From a virus: DNA of 64,000 nt. Where the stretch lies: positions 11,915 to 75,914 of the IMG/VR virus record IMGVR_UViG_3300033153_005812. The stretch is one strand, 5' to 3'. The notes under the pieces are model-generated. The model saw only the letters and a list, made by a program, of their open reading frames with translations, was not told where the DNA came from and did not search any database. This document shows, in pieces, positions 36,932 to 46,866 of this stretch. Both the position numbers and the translations under genes were made by a program. Each line of letters begins with the position of its first letter. The first letter of the stretch is position 1.

Positions 36932-37333
36932 ATGAGAGTTAATGGAAAAGAATACTTTGATGATGCGACAATAACCAGAGCCGCTGATTTGATAGAAGCA
37001 GCGGAGCTCTCTCTTTCAGCTATTTGTAAAGAGCTACATACATCGCTCCCAGTTTTGACAAGAAGTATGAACTTACACTTTCGTATTTCTAAAGATGAAC
37101 CTAATTGGCGAGAGATTTATAAAGCAAAACGGTTAATACTCAAACGGAAGAAGGATGTACGGATTGTCTGGGAATGCCAATCTTGCAGTTACGAAGCGAA
37201 GATAAAATTTGAACGCTGTGCAAAGTGTGGCTCAAATAGTGTAGAGAAGAGGGAGCTAAGAAACAAAATAAGACCAGATGAGATGCGAGCTATTAAAAAG
37301 ATAGGATGTGAGTGGAGTAAAGATCATGAGTAG
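36932..37333 (+). CDS. HTH + zinc-ribbon protein
   Basis: SLSAICKELHTS; WECQSC...CAKC. Confidence 0.55.
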   Translation: MRVNGKEYFDDATITRAADLIEAAELSLSAICKELHTSLPVLTRSMNLHFRISKDEPNWREIYKAKRLILKRKKDVRIVWECQSCSYEAKIKFERCAKCGSNSVEKRELRNKIRPDEMRAIKKIGCEWSKDHE

Positions 37334-37470
37334 AACAATTCGTGGGAAGCGTGATGGGACTGGTCCTTATAAAGATTCTTATCAACGAAAACGATCTGGG
37401 AATAGAGGTAAGCGAAAACAAAGTGGACAAAGATGTCCAAAACGATAATAATACTTGAAAGGATAATGAA

Positions 37471-37923
37471 ATGACGTATGATGAATTAAAAGCAAAGATA
37501 GACGAGAAAAGAAAGCATTTCGTTTCTGTGCCTGTCTTCGTTCCGGCTGATGCTGCGAATGGAACAATGAGTCCACCGGTTATAATGGACGACGCAGTTG
37601 AAGAGACTTGGACTGTGACGGCGAAAGCAAATCCGGCGACATTCACGGTGACAGGATCAGTGAGTGGTCTTGACGCTAATGAAGCTACTCCTGGGGAGAT
37701 ATATGTTACCGCAGATGGTAAGGTTAGTTTTCTTCTCACCGATGGATCCGTTACGTTCGAGGAAAATGACGAATTTACATTCAGCATCGAACATAAGACT
37801 TCCGGCGTGGAGGGTGCAACTATAATTCGAGAGCTCAATTTTATAGTGCATTCTCAAGCGGATGATGTCAAGGTCGGCTACGATGTGGAGAACAACGCAA
37901 TTCGTGTTATTAAAATGACCTAA
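37471..37923 (+). CDS. protein carrying one copy of the tail-tube insertion module
   Basis: ETWTVT...FTVTGSVSG...AT.G..Y...VSF...G...F.END.F.F matches modules in 52272-54263 and 57724-58971. Confidence 0.65.
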   Translation: MTYDELKAKIDEKRKHFVSVPVFVPADAANGTMSPPVIMDDAVEETWTVTAKANPATFTVTGSVSGLDANEATPGEIYVTADGKVSFLLTDGSVTFEENDEFTFSIEHKTSGVEGATIIRELNFIVHSQADDVKVGYDVENNAIRVIKMT

Positions 37924-38014
37924 GAGTTAATATGTTTTGGGAATCACTATTTCTGGTAACTTATGCGATGTGTTATATCGCAGTTTGGATTATCCCTTAT
38001 TGGAGGTCAGTACG

Positions 38015-38470
38015 ATGCGTAAAATAATGTGTATATGGATTTTAATGGTTTTGTTCTCTCTCGGCGGATGTCTTATGACACAGAACGAGGATGGGGATTC
38101 GCAGTATAATTTGGATCCTAATGTGGCTCAGAAGATAGAAGAGGGTGGAGAAGCTACTCTCGGTCTATTAGATTTATTGGCTCCTCTTTTCGGCCCTGCT
38201 GGTGGAGTGGTAGTTGGAGCATTTGCTTCGGCTCTGGCAGTTTTCAGGAAGATGCATCCAAAGTTGGAGATAGCACAAAATAAATACGAATTATCTAATA
38301 CCATCGCTTTGATCGTGGTTGAGGAAATTGAACACTTAAAGAAAGAACATCCACAGATTTGGAAGAAGATGGCTAAGAAGTTAGCTATCGAATGTGAAGC
38401 GTCTGGGATTGATACAAAGATCATAGAGAATGCAATTCGAGGTCTACGTGGACTACCAGCGAAGAAGTAA
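38015..38470 (+). CDS. putative lipoprotein
   Basis: GGAGG RBS; signal peptide ending in lipobox LGGC; internal hydrophobic helix. Confidence 0.6.
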   Translation: MRKIMCIWILMVLFSLGGCLMTQNEDGDSQYNLDPNVAQKIEEGGEATLGLLDLLAPLFGPAGGVVVGAFASALAVFRKMHPKLEIAQNKYELSNTIALIVVEEIEHLKKEHPQIWKKMAKKLAIECEASGIDTKIIENAIRGLRGLPAKK

Positions 38471-38558
38471 GCCGGACTCCTCAAGAGCCTATACACCTCC
38501 TTGGTCAAAAGCTGCGGCTGACAGGGAGGTGCAATCATAAGATAGGATTATTATTATT

Positions 38559-38777
38559 ATGGCAAAGAAAAAAGCTAAAAAGAAAGTAAAGAGAACAAAG
38601 AAAAGAGCTAAGAATTTAACAGCGACAAATTCTAATACCAGCTATGTCGTAGAGAATGCTGCTGATACGCTAATGAGAGCGAGTGAGATCAATGCAAATC
38701 CAAATCTCAAACGACGAGCAAAGGCTTTGTTGAAACAGCGTCAAAGGCTTATTGGAAAAACTATCAACGGGAAATAA
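38559..38777 (+). CDS. small basic protein
   Basis: MAKKKAKKKVKRTKKR N-terminus; ENAADTLMRASEI. Confidence 0.55.
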   Translation: MAKKKAKKKVKRTKKRAKNLTATNSNTSYVVENAADTLMRASEINANPNLKRRAKALLKQRQRLIGKTINGK

Positions 38778-38779
38778 AA

Positions 38780-39133
38780 ATGGCTCCTTCATATCCGTCT
38801 GACGAAGAGTTGTTGAATATACATTTTGAGGATGAGGATGATGATAGGATAGACGCCGTATTGTGTATAATTGATTTTGAAAATGTCGATGAAGCGATAG
38901 CTTTTGCATTAGAGCATTGGCCAGATCAGACAGCGAAAAACATAGAAACAATGCGAGTAATTCAAGCTGAGGAGCTCGAAGAGGGGGATGCTTGGCTCTG
39001 CATGATCGGTGTTTGTGATATTTGTGGTGCTGAAGGGATTAACTTTCTTCCGGCTGCCGTTTTTGAAGACGAGATAGTTGGAACAGAGTGCTTTTGTTGT
39101 GGGAATATGTCAATGTATCCAAAGGAAAGGTAG
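38780..39133 (+). CDS. acidic zinc-ribbon protein
   Basis: CDIC and CFCC pairs. Confidence 0.5.
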   Translation: MAPSYPSDEELLNIHFEDEDDDRIDAVLCIIDFENVDEAIAFALEHWPDQTAKNIETMRVIQAEELEEGDAWLCMIGVCDICGAEGINFLPAAVFEDEIVGTECFCCGNMSMYPKER

Positions 39134-39140
39134 ACTTACG

Positions 39141-39824
39141 ATGAATCATAAGACTATAAAAATTATTATACTTATGCTGGGACTGATATCTCTTTCTTGC
39201 AGTCCTAATCTTTCAAAATTACAACAAGGAGCTTTGGTGTATCAACAGACACTACCTTCAGTTGTGATGGTGAAAGGCGAAGTGATGAATAACTGGAGGG
39301 GGAGTGAGATACAAGGTATTGGGACAGGCTTCTTTATCAATAAAGAATATGTTCTTACGAATCATCATATCGCATCTATAATAGCCGACGGCACAATAAA
39401 GCTACGCCTTTGGAATGGAGAGATGATCTCGGCTAAAAAGATAGCGTTAGATGAGAAATACGATTTAGCACTTCTTCAAGTTGATGTTGAAGATACTCGG
39501 TTTTATGATTTACCTGAGTTGAATCTTGAAACTATTCCGCAGATCGGTGACGAGGTTTATATAATCGGTTCTCCTCGGTTATACTACAATACGATGACAA
39601 AAGGAATTTTATCAAGAAAGTCAACAACAGGGAATTCTGCAGGATGGCTTTGGAATTGTAAAATTTATTTTGTCGATGCTCCTATTCAAGGAGGGAACTC
39701 TGGTAGTCCAGTTCTTGATATAGATTCTGGTGTGATTGGGATTGTGTCAGGTATGGGTGGTAATTTAACGATAGTAATTCCGTCATATAGTATCCTTTCT
39801 TTCTTAAAAGAACAAGGTATCTAA
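39141..39824 (+). CDS. trypsin-like (S1/HtrA-type) serine protease with signal or lipoprotein peptide
   Basis: Catalytic triad in LTNHH, DLALL and GGNSGSP; hydrophobic leader ending SLSC. Confidence 0.85.
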   Translation: MNHKTIKIIILMLGLISLSCSPNLSKLQQGALVYQQTLPSVVMVKGEVMNNWRGSEIQGIGTGFFINKEYVLTNHHIASIIADGTIKLRLWNGEMISAKKIALDEKYDLALLQVDVEDTRFYDLPELNLETIPQIGDEVYIIGSPRLYYNTMTKGILSRKSTTGNSAGWLWNCKIYFVDAPIQGGNSGSPVLDIDSGVIGIVSGMGGNLTIVIPSYSILSFLKEQGI

Positions 39825-39825
39825 T

Positions 39826-41277
39826 ATGGCTAACGATATTGCGATTCCGTGTGTCGGTTATGATGTGATGTCTCCAGATTGGGATCTTCTCCACGATCTT
39901 TTAGGAGGCACAAGAGCAATGAGATTAACTGGTGAGAAATGGCTCCCCAGAGAACCTCGAGAGGAAGGTTATAATGCACGATTGAATCGGTCTATACTAT
40001 ACAATGCCTATCGAGATACTTTGAGTAAACTTGCAAACAGACCGTTCGCTCATCCTATACAATTTACAGATTTACCAGATGAGTTGACATACTTAATAGA
40101 CGATGTTGATGCTACTGGTAAGTCTTTTGAGTCTTTTGCAAGAGAGGTCTTAAAAGATCTGATAAATTACGGTCTTGCTCATATCTTTGTAGATCATAGC
40201 GAATTACCGGAAGTTGTAGAAGGTGAAACTCTTACGAAAGCAGATGAGGAAAGATTAGGAGCAAGAGTTCTTCTAAATGTTATTCATCCTCCTAATCTTA
40301 TCGGTTGGCAGACAGAGATTGTTGATAAACGGGTGACACTAACACAGATAAGAGTAAAAGAAATTATAACAGAAGCTTTTGGAGATTATGGTGATGCAGA
40401 TATAAATTATATAAGAGTCTATACTCGAACTGGTTGGGAAGTTCATCAAGAGTTTGATTCAGAGAATAAAGAAGGTGAAAAAGTTTGGAAAATAGTTGAA
40501 TCAGGGGAGCACACTTTTGGTAGTATTTCTTTAGTGACAATCTATGCAAATAGAGTCGGGTTTATGATGGCCGAACCTTCGTTAATGGATTTAGCATGGC
40601 TTAATCTTGCTCATTGGCAATCTTATTCAGATCAAAGAAACATTTTGCGTCTTTCACGGTTTGGTCTTCTTTTCGGTAAAGGTTTTCCTAAAGATATGGT
40701 TGGACAATCGCTCGATATTGGACCGAGTAAGGCTTTCTTAACAACAGATACGAATGCGGATTTGAAATATGTTGAACATACTGGAGCGTCAATTGAGGCT
40801 GGAGCAAAGGATATCGAAGACATTGAAATTAAGATGGAGATCCTTGGTCAGCAGCCTTTGATGCGGAGTACTTCGCTTAGCACCGCAACAGCAAAACGAA
40901 TCGATGAGAGTAGAAATGTCAGTCAACTTCAATCTTGGGTGAGAAGTCTTGAAAGAGGATTATTGCAAGCTATTGAAATGGCTTGTGAATGGCGAAAAAT
41001 TGAGATGCCGGAAACTACAAAGATCGATATCTTTAGTGATTTTGAAGTTGCGATTTCTGGATCTACAGATAAAGAGTTACTTTTGAAAGCACGAACGGAG
41101 GGCGAGATCACAAGGGAAAGGTTCTTAAGGGAGGAACAGCGTAGAGGTGTGTTCTCTGGTGATATGGATCCTGAGGAAGAAGCTAAAGCTGCGGAGAAGG
41201 AGAGCGTAGATGATTTGAGTAATTATATTGAACCAGAAAAAGATAAAGAAGAGGAGAATGAAGAAGAGGAAGACTAA
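39826..41277 (+). CDS. portal protein (DUF4055-like)
   Basis: DLLGGTRAMR...WLPR...YNARL, DVDATG, LNLAHWQSYSD, TATA; acidic tail; precedes MuF. Confidence 0.8.
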   Translation: MANDIAIPCVGYDVMSPDWDLLHDLLGGTRAMRLTGEKWLPREPREEGYNARLNRSILYNAYRDTLSKLANRPFAHPIQFTDLPDELTYLIDDVDATGKSFESFAREVLKDLINYGLAHIFVDHSELPEVVEGETLTKADEERLGARVLLNVIHPPNLIGWQTEIVDKRVTLTQIRVKEIITEAFGDYGDADINYIRVYTRTGWEVHQEFDSENKEGEKVWKIVESGEHTFGSISLVTIYANRVGFMMAEPSLMDLAWLNLAHWQSYSDQRNILRLSRFGLLFGKGFPKDMVGQSLDIGPSKAFLTTDTNADLKYVEHTGASIEAGAKDIEDIEIKMEILGQQPLMRSTSLSTATAKRIDESRNVSQLQSWVRSLERGLLQAIEMACEWRKIEMPETTKIDIFSDFEVAISGSTDKELLLKARTEGEITRERFLREEQRRGVFSGDMDPEEEAKAAEKESVDDLSNYIEPEKDKEEENEEEED

Positions 41278-41319
41278 TCTGAAAGGAATGTAGAAATTAA
41301 GCCTGTAAATCAAGAACTA

Positions 41320-43566
41320 ATGGATCGCTATATTCGACATGCTGTCTATGTTGAGAGATTCAAAGCTGGAGAAGCTAAGAAGATAGCACAACATTTGAAT
41401 AAAGAAGTTTTTCCAGAGCTCATTGACAAGTTAATGGCTAAACTCAAAGCTATAGATCCCAGCAAATTAAGTAAGACTTGGACTACGAAACGTCTCAAGG
41501 GTCTAATAGCTGCTACAGATAGAATTATTACAACAGGAATGATGCGAGCAGAAGAAACGACTGTGAATAATTTAATGGATTTGGCGGAGTGGGAAGCGAG
41601 ATGGAATAAAAATGTAATCGAGAATACTGTTCCATTAGATATCGATATGACAATGCCGAATCCTGAAGTTCTACGTCAATCTGTTTTATCATCTTCTTTT
41701 GAAGGTCATAAACTTAAGACGTGGTTCAAGGCTTATAGTAAGTCTGTTCGTGTAGGGATGATGGGAGCGGTGAGAAAAGGTATTGCAGGTGGCGAATCTA
41801 TACCTGATATTGGAAGACGTCTTCGTAAAGTTGCATCTTTGAAACGAAAACAAGCAGAAGCCATCGCAAGAACGGCTGTTAGTAGTGTCGTGAATAATGC
41901 CAGAGATGCTGTTTATGAACAAAATACGGATCTTGTAAAAGCTGTTCAGTTCGTCGCGACTTTAGATACCAGAACTACTTTAACTTGCATAGGTTTAGAC
42001 GGTAAAGTTTTTCCAACCGGAGAAGGACCACGACCACCGATGCACTTCGCTTGCAGAAGTACGACAATTCCTATTATCTCTTCTTGGAAAGAGTTTGGAA
42101 TTAAAGATCCACCTCCTGCGACTCGTGCCTCGATGACAGGAGCGGTCCCTGCAAAGACAACATATAAGTCTTGGCTGAAGAAACAGAACAAAGCAACACA
42201 AATAAAAGTTCTTGGAAAGAAACGTGCTGAGCTTTATCGTAGCGGTCAAGTTACGATTGATAAATTTGTAGGTAAGGATTACAAACCGCTGACGCTGAAG
42301 CAGATTGCAAAGAGAGAAGGTGTCGGTGTACCTGCTCCTCGTGCTGTTAAGACGATTGAAGCTATACCGATAAAAGGAACTGGAGAGCCACTTACATCTG
42401 TAGAAAAAACTTTGATAAAAGAATATACAGATATAAGTGGGACTTATACGGAAATAATTCCTCGACAATTAGGGAAAGTTCCTGCATATTCTTATTGGAC
42501 TAAAAAACAGGCTCTTGGATATGCTGGACAAATAGAAGATGCGTTGAAAAAATTGCCCGGACAAAAAGTAACATCTTATCGTGCAATGGATTTTGCTACA
42601 GCAAAATCTAAAGCCAAGTTTATGAAAGAATTAACATCCGGTGAGGTTTGGCGTTCAAAAACATTTTTGTCTACTTCGACAATGGAGAAGAAGGTTAATT
42701 TCTTTATAGATGCGAGGACAGGAGTGTATGGTGAGGGTCATAATTTAGTGATGGTTATCAAAGGGAGAACTGGTCGTGATATAGCGAAGTGGTCAGCAGA
42801 AAAGGCAGAGAGGGAAATTTTATTCATAAAGGGGACTACGTTCAAAATTGATAAAATTGTTGGTAATAAAGTTTTCATGACGGAAATAACAAAACAGACT
42901 CAATTAAAGAAAGTTCGACCTATTTCATCGGTCACAACTACATCGAAAGTCGGTACATCTTATGTAGGTACGACATCAAAAGAATTTAGAAAGCTGGTCG
43001 ACGATACAATTGAAGCTTATCCCGAGAAAGTAAAACTGGCTTTGAATGATAACGGTATTTCATATAAGGTTGGAAATAAATTAACTGAAATATTCCCAGA
43101 CTTCAAAGGTAAGCATCCAAGAGGATGGCCTTCTGGGACAACTTGGGATTCTGTCAATGGAGTATATATCAAATCAACCAAATCTATCACTGTGGCTGAA
43201 ACTTATCGTCCAGTTAGAAGTAAGGTTTTCACGGATACACCTAAAAGTCAGATAAAAGGAATTTTGAATCACGAAACTGGTCATGGATTTAATCGGACTC
43301 TACGTATAAGAGAGAAAATTCTAACTGAATACTGCAACACAGGTGAATTCAAAACAGCCTATGCAAAAGATTTCGGTGCGATGACTAAAGATGAGATAAA
43401 GCGTAAAGGCTTACAATACTACCATCAAGCTGGTGAAGCTGGTAGGAGTGAAACCTTCGCTGAAGTTTTTGCTGATATAATGGGACAAGGTGCTCAACCT
43501 GAAGGAATAGATATTAGCGAGTATTTTCCTAACTGTAGAAAGTATATTGAGGATTTGTTAAAGTGA
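41320..43566 (+). CDS. MuF/gp7 head morphogenesis protein fused to ADP-ribosyltransferase and zinc metallopeptidase domains
   Basis: MuF: IARTA, ATLDTRTT..C..LDG, PPMHFACRS. ART R-S-E: SYRAM, FLSTS, EREILF. Peptidase: LNHETGH and SETFAEVFA. Confidence 0.82.
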   Translation: MDRYIRHAVYVERFKAGEAKKIAQHLNKEVFPELIDKLMAKLKAIDPSKLSKTWTTKRLKGLIAATDRIITTGMMRAEETTVNNLMDLAEWEARWNKNVIENTVPLDIDMTMPNPEVLRQSVLSSSFEGHKLKTWFKAYSKSVRVGMMGAVRKGIAGGESIPDIGRRLRKVASLKRKQAEAIARTAVSSVVNNARDAVYEQNTDLVKAVQFVATLDTRTTLTCIGLDGKVFPTGEGPRPPMHFACRSTTIPIISSWKEFGIKDPPPATRASMTGAVPAKTTYKSWLKKQNKATQIKVLGKKRAELYRSGQVTIDKFVGKDYKPLTLKQIAKREGVGVPAPRAVKTIEAIPIKGTGEPLTSVEKTLIKEYTDISGTYTEIIPRQLGKVPAYSYWTKKQALGYAGQIEDALKKLPGQKVTSYRAMDFATAKSKAKFMKELTSGEVWRSKTFLSTSTMEKKVNFFIDARTGVYGEGHNLVMVIKGRTGRDIAKWSAEKAEREILFIKGTTFKIDKIVGNKVFMTEITKQTQLKKVRPISSVTTTSKVGTSYVGTTSKEFRKLVDDTIEAYPEKVKLALNDNGISYKVGNKLTEIFPDFKGKHPRGWPSGTTWDSVNGVYIKSTKSITVAETYRPVRSKVFTDTPKSQIKGILNHETGHGFNRTLRIREKILTEYCNTGEFKTAYAKDFGAMTKDEIKRKGLQYYHQAGEAGRSETFAEVFADIMGQGAQPEGIDISEYFPNCRKYIEDLLK

Positions 43567-43793
43567 AAATCAAACAAACGATAGTTCCAGCCTACGGGGA
43601 CGGTGTAGTCGGAGACACAATAATCGCTATGTCTGTTCAATGTTTATCTTGTAGACATCTTCATAATAATATGACGACTTGTAAGGCGTTCCCAGACGGG
43701 ATTCCTTCAAAGATTTTATTAGGGCGATGGGATCATATAGAATCATTCAAAAATGATAATGGAATTCGTTTCGAGAAAGTGGAAGGTCTATAA
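43563..43793 (+). CDS. small Cys-containing protein, candidate immunity protein for the MuF toxin
   Basis: QCLSCRH...CKAFPDGIP..I..G..DH.....DNGIRFE; GTGA overlap with the MuF stop. Confidence 0.6.
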   Translation: MKIKQTIVPAYGDGVVGDTIIAMSVQCLSCRHLHNNMTTCKAFPDGIPSKILLGRWDHIESFKNDNGIRFEKVEGL

Positions 43794-43896
43794 TGACTGA
43801 AGAATTAGAAGTTTTTAATAGATTCATGGGTATCCCTGAGGAATTTGAATTTGTAGGGATGGAAGAGGAAGTTGAAGTTAGTGAGGTTGAAGAGTA

Positions 43897-44145
43897 ATGC
43901 CATATCCAAATTTCCATTCTGCTCGTATTCGCCAGCCAGGAAGATTCGTGAGGATTAGAGTTCTTCGAATACTTTCAAATGGCATTATGATTTATGGCGG
44001 TCCATTAAAGAGTGATTCTCGTGGATTAAGTAAAACGCAGTCTTATCGTTTTCCAGTAAAGAAATGGACTGTTGCTCAGGCGAAAGCATGGCTCAGAAAA
44101 CATAAAATTAAGTGGCTTTTGTTTGAAAAAGCTACAAAGAAATAA
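43897..44145 (+). CDS. small head-module protein
   Basis: MPYPNFHSARI...QSYRFP..KWTVAQAKAWL; lies between MuF and the scaffold gene. Confidence 0.55.
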   Translation: MPYPNFHSARIRQPGRFVRIRVLRILSNGIMIYGGPLKSDSRGLSKTQSYRFPVKKWTVAQAKAWLRKHKIKWLLFEKATKK

Positions 44146-44167
44146 AAACCTTTTTGGAGACCTAACT

Positions 44168-44965
44168 ATGTTGGAAGCAATTCGTGATTCAATTGAGGAA
44201 CTTACTGAAGCAGAGCAGGGACATTATGAGGAGCGAGATGGTAGATTCTACTTGGTTGTAGGATCTGTTGATGGAGTGGCGTTGGAGGATGTTCAAGGAT
44301 TGAAAACTACGGTGGAAACTTTACGAGCAACTGAAAGAAAGCTCAAAAGCTCTCTTGAGCGGATTGAGCAAAAGTTTGAAGATATCGATCCTGAGGAGGC
44401 AAGGAACGCTATAAAGAAGTTCGACGAGGTTAAGAACTGGGATGGTGACACGAAAATTCGTGAAGCACAGGAAGCTGTGAAACGCGAGTTGGTAAAACAG
44501 CACACAAAGCAAGTGGAAGAGTTACAGGATGAGTTAAGTGACACTCAGACGCAACTAACAGATGCGATTGTTAATACGAAGATCGTTGAGGCTTTGCAAG
44601 CTGAAGAAGGTAATGTTGAGCTTTTGCTTCCTCATGTTAAGAGACACGTGAGAATGGTGAAGAATTCAGCAGGAAAATGGATGCCAGAGGTCACGAATGA
44701 GGCCAATGAGCCAAGAGTTGGAGACAGTGATGGCAATCCTATGACTATTGTTCAGTATATTCAAGAAATGAAAAGCCAGAAGACTTTCGCCGCAGCATTT
44801 CCAGGTGCTAACGCCACGGGAAGTGGTGTTAGCGGTTCTTCAGAGAGCGGGAAGCTCAAGAGGACTGACGGAAGTAAGACCATCGCAGCGTCGGATGGTC
44901 GAGCGATGTCTGCCAGTATAGATGATATCGCTACTGGTAAAACAAAAGTCGATATGAATAGATAA
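44168..44965 (+). CDS. capsid scaffolding protein
   Basis: Acidic coiled coil with Gly/Ser-rich C-terminal linker, directly upstream of the MCP; GGAG RBS before ATG at 44168. Confidence 0.75.
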   Translation: MLEAIRDSIEELTEAEQGHYEERDGRFYLVVGSVDGVALEDVQGLKTTVETLRATERKLKSSLERIEQKFEDIDPEEARNAIKKFDEVKNWDGDTKIREAQEAVKRELVKQHTKQVEELQDELSDTQTQLTDAIVNTKIVEALQAEEGNVELLLPHVKRHVRMVKNSAGKWMPEVTNEANEPRVGDSDGNPMTIVQYIQEMKSQKTFAAAFPGANATGSGVSGSSESGKLKRTDGSKTIAASDGRAMSASIDDIATGKTKVDMNR

Positions 44966-45064
44966 TCATATCGATTTTTGTAGACGTAGTACGGGATGTG
45001 CGATTCAGCGGGACGCTGTCTTAAGATCTTAACTACAATTTAATTAAATTTAAGAGGTGCTATC

Positions 45065-46297
45065 GTGAGTTTGGATCCAAATGTATTAACAAACATAGTT
45101 CCTAAAATTCTTGCCAGAGCTTTACTCGTTCTTCGTTCAAAATGTATTATGCCGCGTCTTGTGAATAGCGATTATAGCTCTGAGGCAGCGAAGAAGGGAA
45201 CTACAATTGACGTGCCGATTCCTGTCGCAGTTGAGACTATGCCCGTTGTTCCTTTGGAAACTCACACGGATGGAGATTCTGTCGGTATAACTCCAGGTTT
45301 TGTTCAAGTTCCTTTGAATAATTGGGTGCAGAACAAGCCGATTCATTTGACCGACAAAGATATGGCAGAGATCGACGTGAATGAAAACTTTCTTCCTATG
45401 CAGTTGGAAGAGGCAATCAAAGGATTGGCCAGCGATGTGAATCAAGATATTCTTGCCGAGTATCTTGGTATTTATGGCTTCGTTGGTACTGCTGCGACAA
45501 CTCCATTCGGTACGGACGTCGGTGTTTCTTCAGCAACTCAAGTTCGCAAAGTCCTGAACAAGCAAAAGTGTCCGCTGACCGACCGACGTGGTGTTCTTGA
45601 TTATGATGCTGAAGCGAATGCTCTCGACCTTTCTGCTTTCAGTGATGCGGAAAAGATTATGTCCGCAGTCGTGAAGATGGAAGGTGAGATCGGTCGAAAG
45701 TTTGGTATCGATTGGGTCGCCGATGACGATATCCCGCTACATACCGCCGGAACTCTTGGGACTGGGGGAGCAGTTACAATTACTGGAACTGCTGGTGAAT
45801 CAACTATTCAGGTCAATGGTGAAGCTGCAAACGAGAATGAGACACTTCTTGTAGGTGATGTTTTCACTTTCGCAGATGATACTCAGACTTACGTTGTGAA
45901 GCCTGGAACCGAAGGTGCTTCTGGATATCTTGCTGCAACAGGTGACAACGGGGGGTACACTGTTCCTTCGACTCCCTACGATCTTACCGCTGTTGTTATC
46001 GCTCCTGCTTTGAAGACTTCTCCTACTACGAAGGCTTTTACACCGAAGGGGACACATCGCGTCAATCTCGTTTTTCATCGTGATGCTTTCGCGTTTGCAA
46101 CTCGTTCTCTCGACGATGCAAATTCTTTGGCTAAGACTTTGGGTGGAAGTCAGATTCTCAGTATGCAGGATGCAAAGACAGGTTTGATTCTTCGATTGGA
46201 GATCAGTCGTCGGCATAAGTTAACCTGCTGGGAATTTGATATACTTTGGGGTACGAAGTTGGTGAGACCTGAATTGGCTTGCCGTCTGGCAGGATAG
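45065..46297 (+). CDS. major capsid protein (P22 coat protein gp5-like)
   Basis: KKGTTIDVPIP, GEIGRKFG, beta insertion domain (GDVFTF), NLVFHRDAFA and FDILWG...RPELACRL. Confidence 0.85.
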   Translation: MSLDPNVLTNIVPKILARALLVLRSKCIMPRLVNSDYSSEAAKKGTTIDVPIPVAVETMPVVPLETHTDGDSVGITPGFVQVPLNNWVQNKPIHLTDKDMAEIDVNENFLPMQLEEAIKGLASDVNQDILAEYLGIYGFVGTAATTPFGTDVGVSSATQVRKVLNKQKCPLTDRRGVLDYDAEANALDLSAFSDAEKIMSAVVKMEGEIGRKFGIDWVADDDIPLHTAGTLGTGGAVTITGTAGESTIQVNGEAANENETLLVGDVFTFADDTQTYVVKPGTEGASGYLAATGDNGGYTVPSTPYDLTAVVIAPALKTSPTTKAFTPKGTHRVNLVFHRDAFAFATRSLDDANSLAKTLGGSQILSMQDAKTGLILRLEISRRHKLTCWEFDILWGTKLVRPELACRLAG

Positions 46298-46338
46298 AAA
46301 GTTTTTCTGAGCCGGAATGTTAAGGCCTCCGCTTGTGT

Positions 46339-46379
46339 TGGTAGTGGCGGACACCTGATCCGTCACTACCAGTTATTTT
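46339..46379 (+). terminator. intrinsic terminator after the MCP
   Basis: TGGTAGTGGCGGA/TCCGTCACTACCA stem followed by GTTATTTT. Confidence 0.7.
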
Positions 46380-46412
46380 CAATTGCGATTAAGATTACGA
46401 AAGGGAACTCTT

Positions 46413-46802
46413 ATGTTAATTAGGATGATGGGTCCCACAGGTAACATAGAAAAGATTCGAGATGAGGACGAGCAGCATTATGTGAGTCTCGGCTATAAGC
46501 ATGTAGTTGAACCTGAGACCATCGAATTGATGAGTCCTGCCGGTAGAGTAGTCGTCAATGTAAAGGATGCTGAGGATTGTTTGCAGCGAGACGGTTGGAG
46601 CTACTTAGAAGAGGGTTCAATTCGTGATTGTGATGCAGAGGCTGTTGAGCTGGAAGTTTCTGCTGAGCCGGAAGTTCCTGAGCCTGAGGTTCTTGAGAAT
46701 GATGATACGGAAGCTGCTGAGCAGCAAGAGCCGGAAATTCTTGAAGACGAACCGGAGATTTCTGAGGAAGACGAAGTGAACGACGCTCAACTGGATCAGT
46801 AG
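46413..46802 (+). CDS. acidic head-associated hypothetical protein
   Basis: Two MxxP.G repeats followed by a Glu/Pro-rich tail. Confidence 0.55.
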   Translation: MLIRMMGPTGNIEKIRDEDEQHYVSLGYKHVVEPETIELMSPAGRVVVNVKDAEDCLQRDGWSYLEEGSIRDCDAEAVELEVSAEPEVPEPEVLENDDTEAAEQQEPEILEDEPEISEEDEVNDAQLDQ

Positions 46803-46866
46803 TTTTGAGAGTACAAAGCAGAGGCGTATGATTGTCTCTGCTCGCAATAATTTATAAGAGGTAAAA

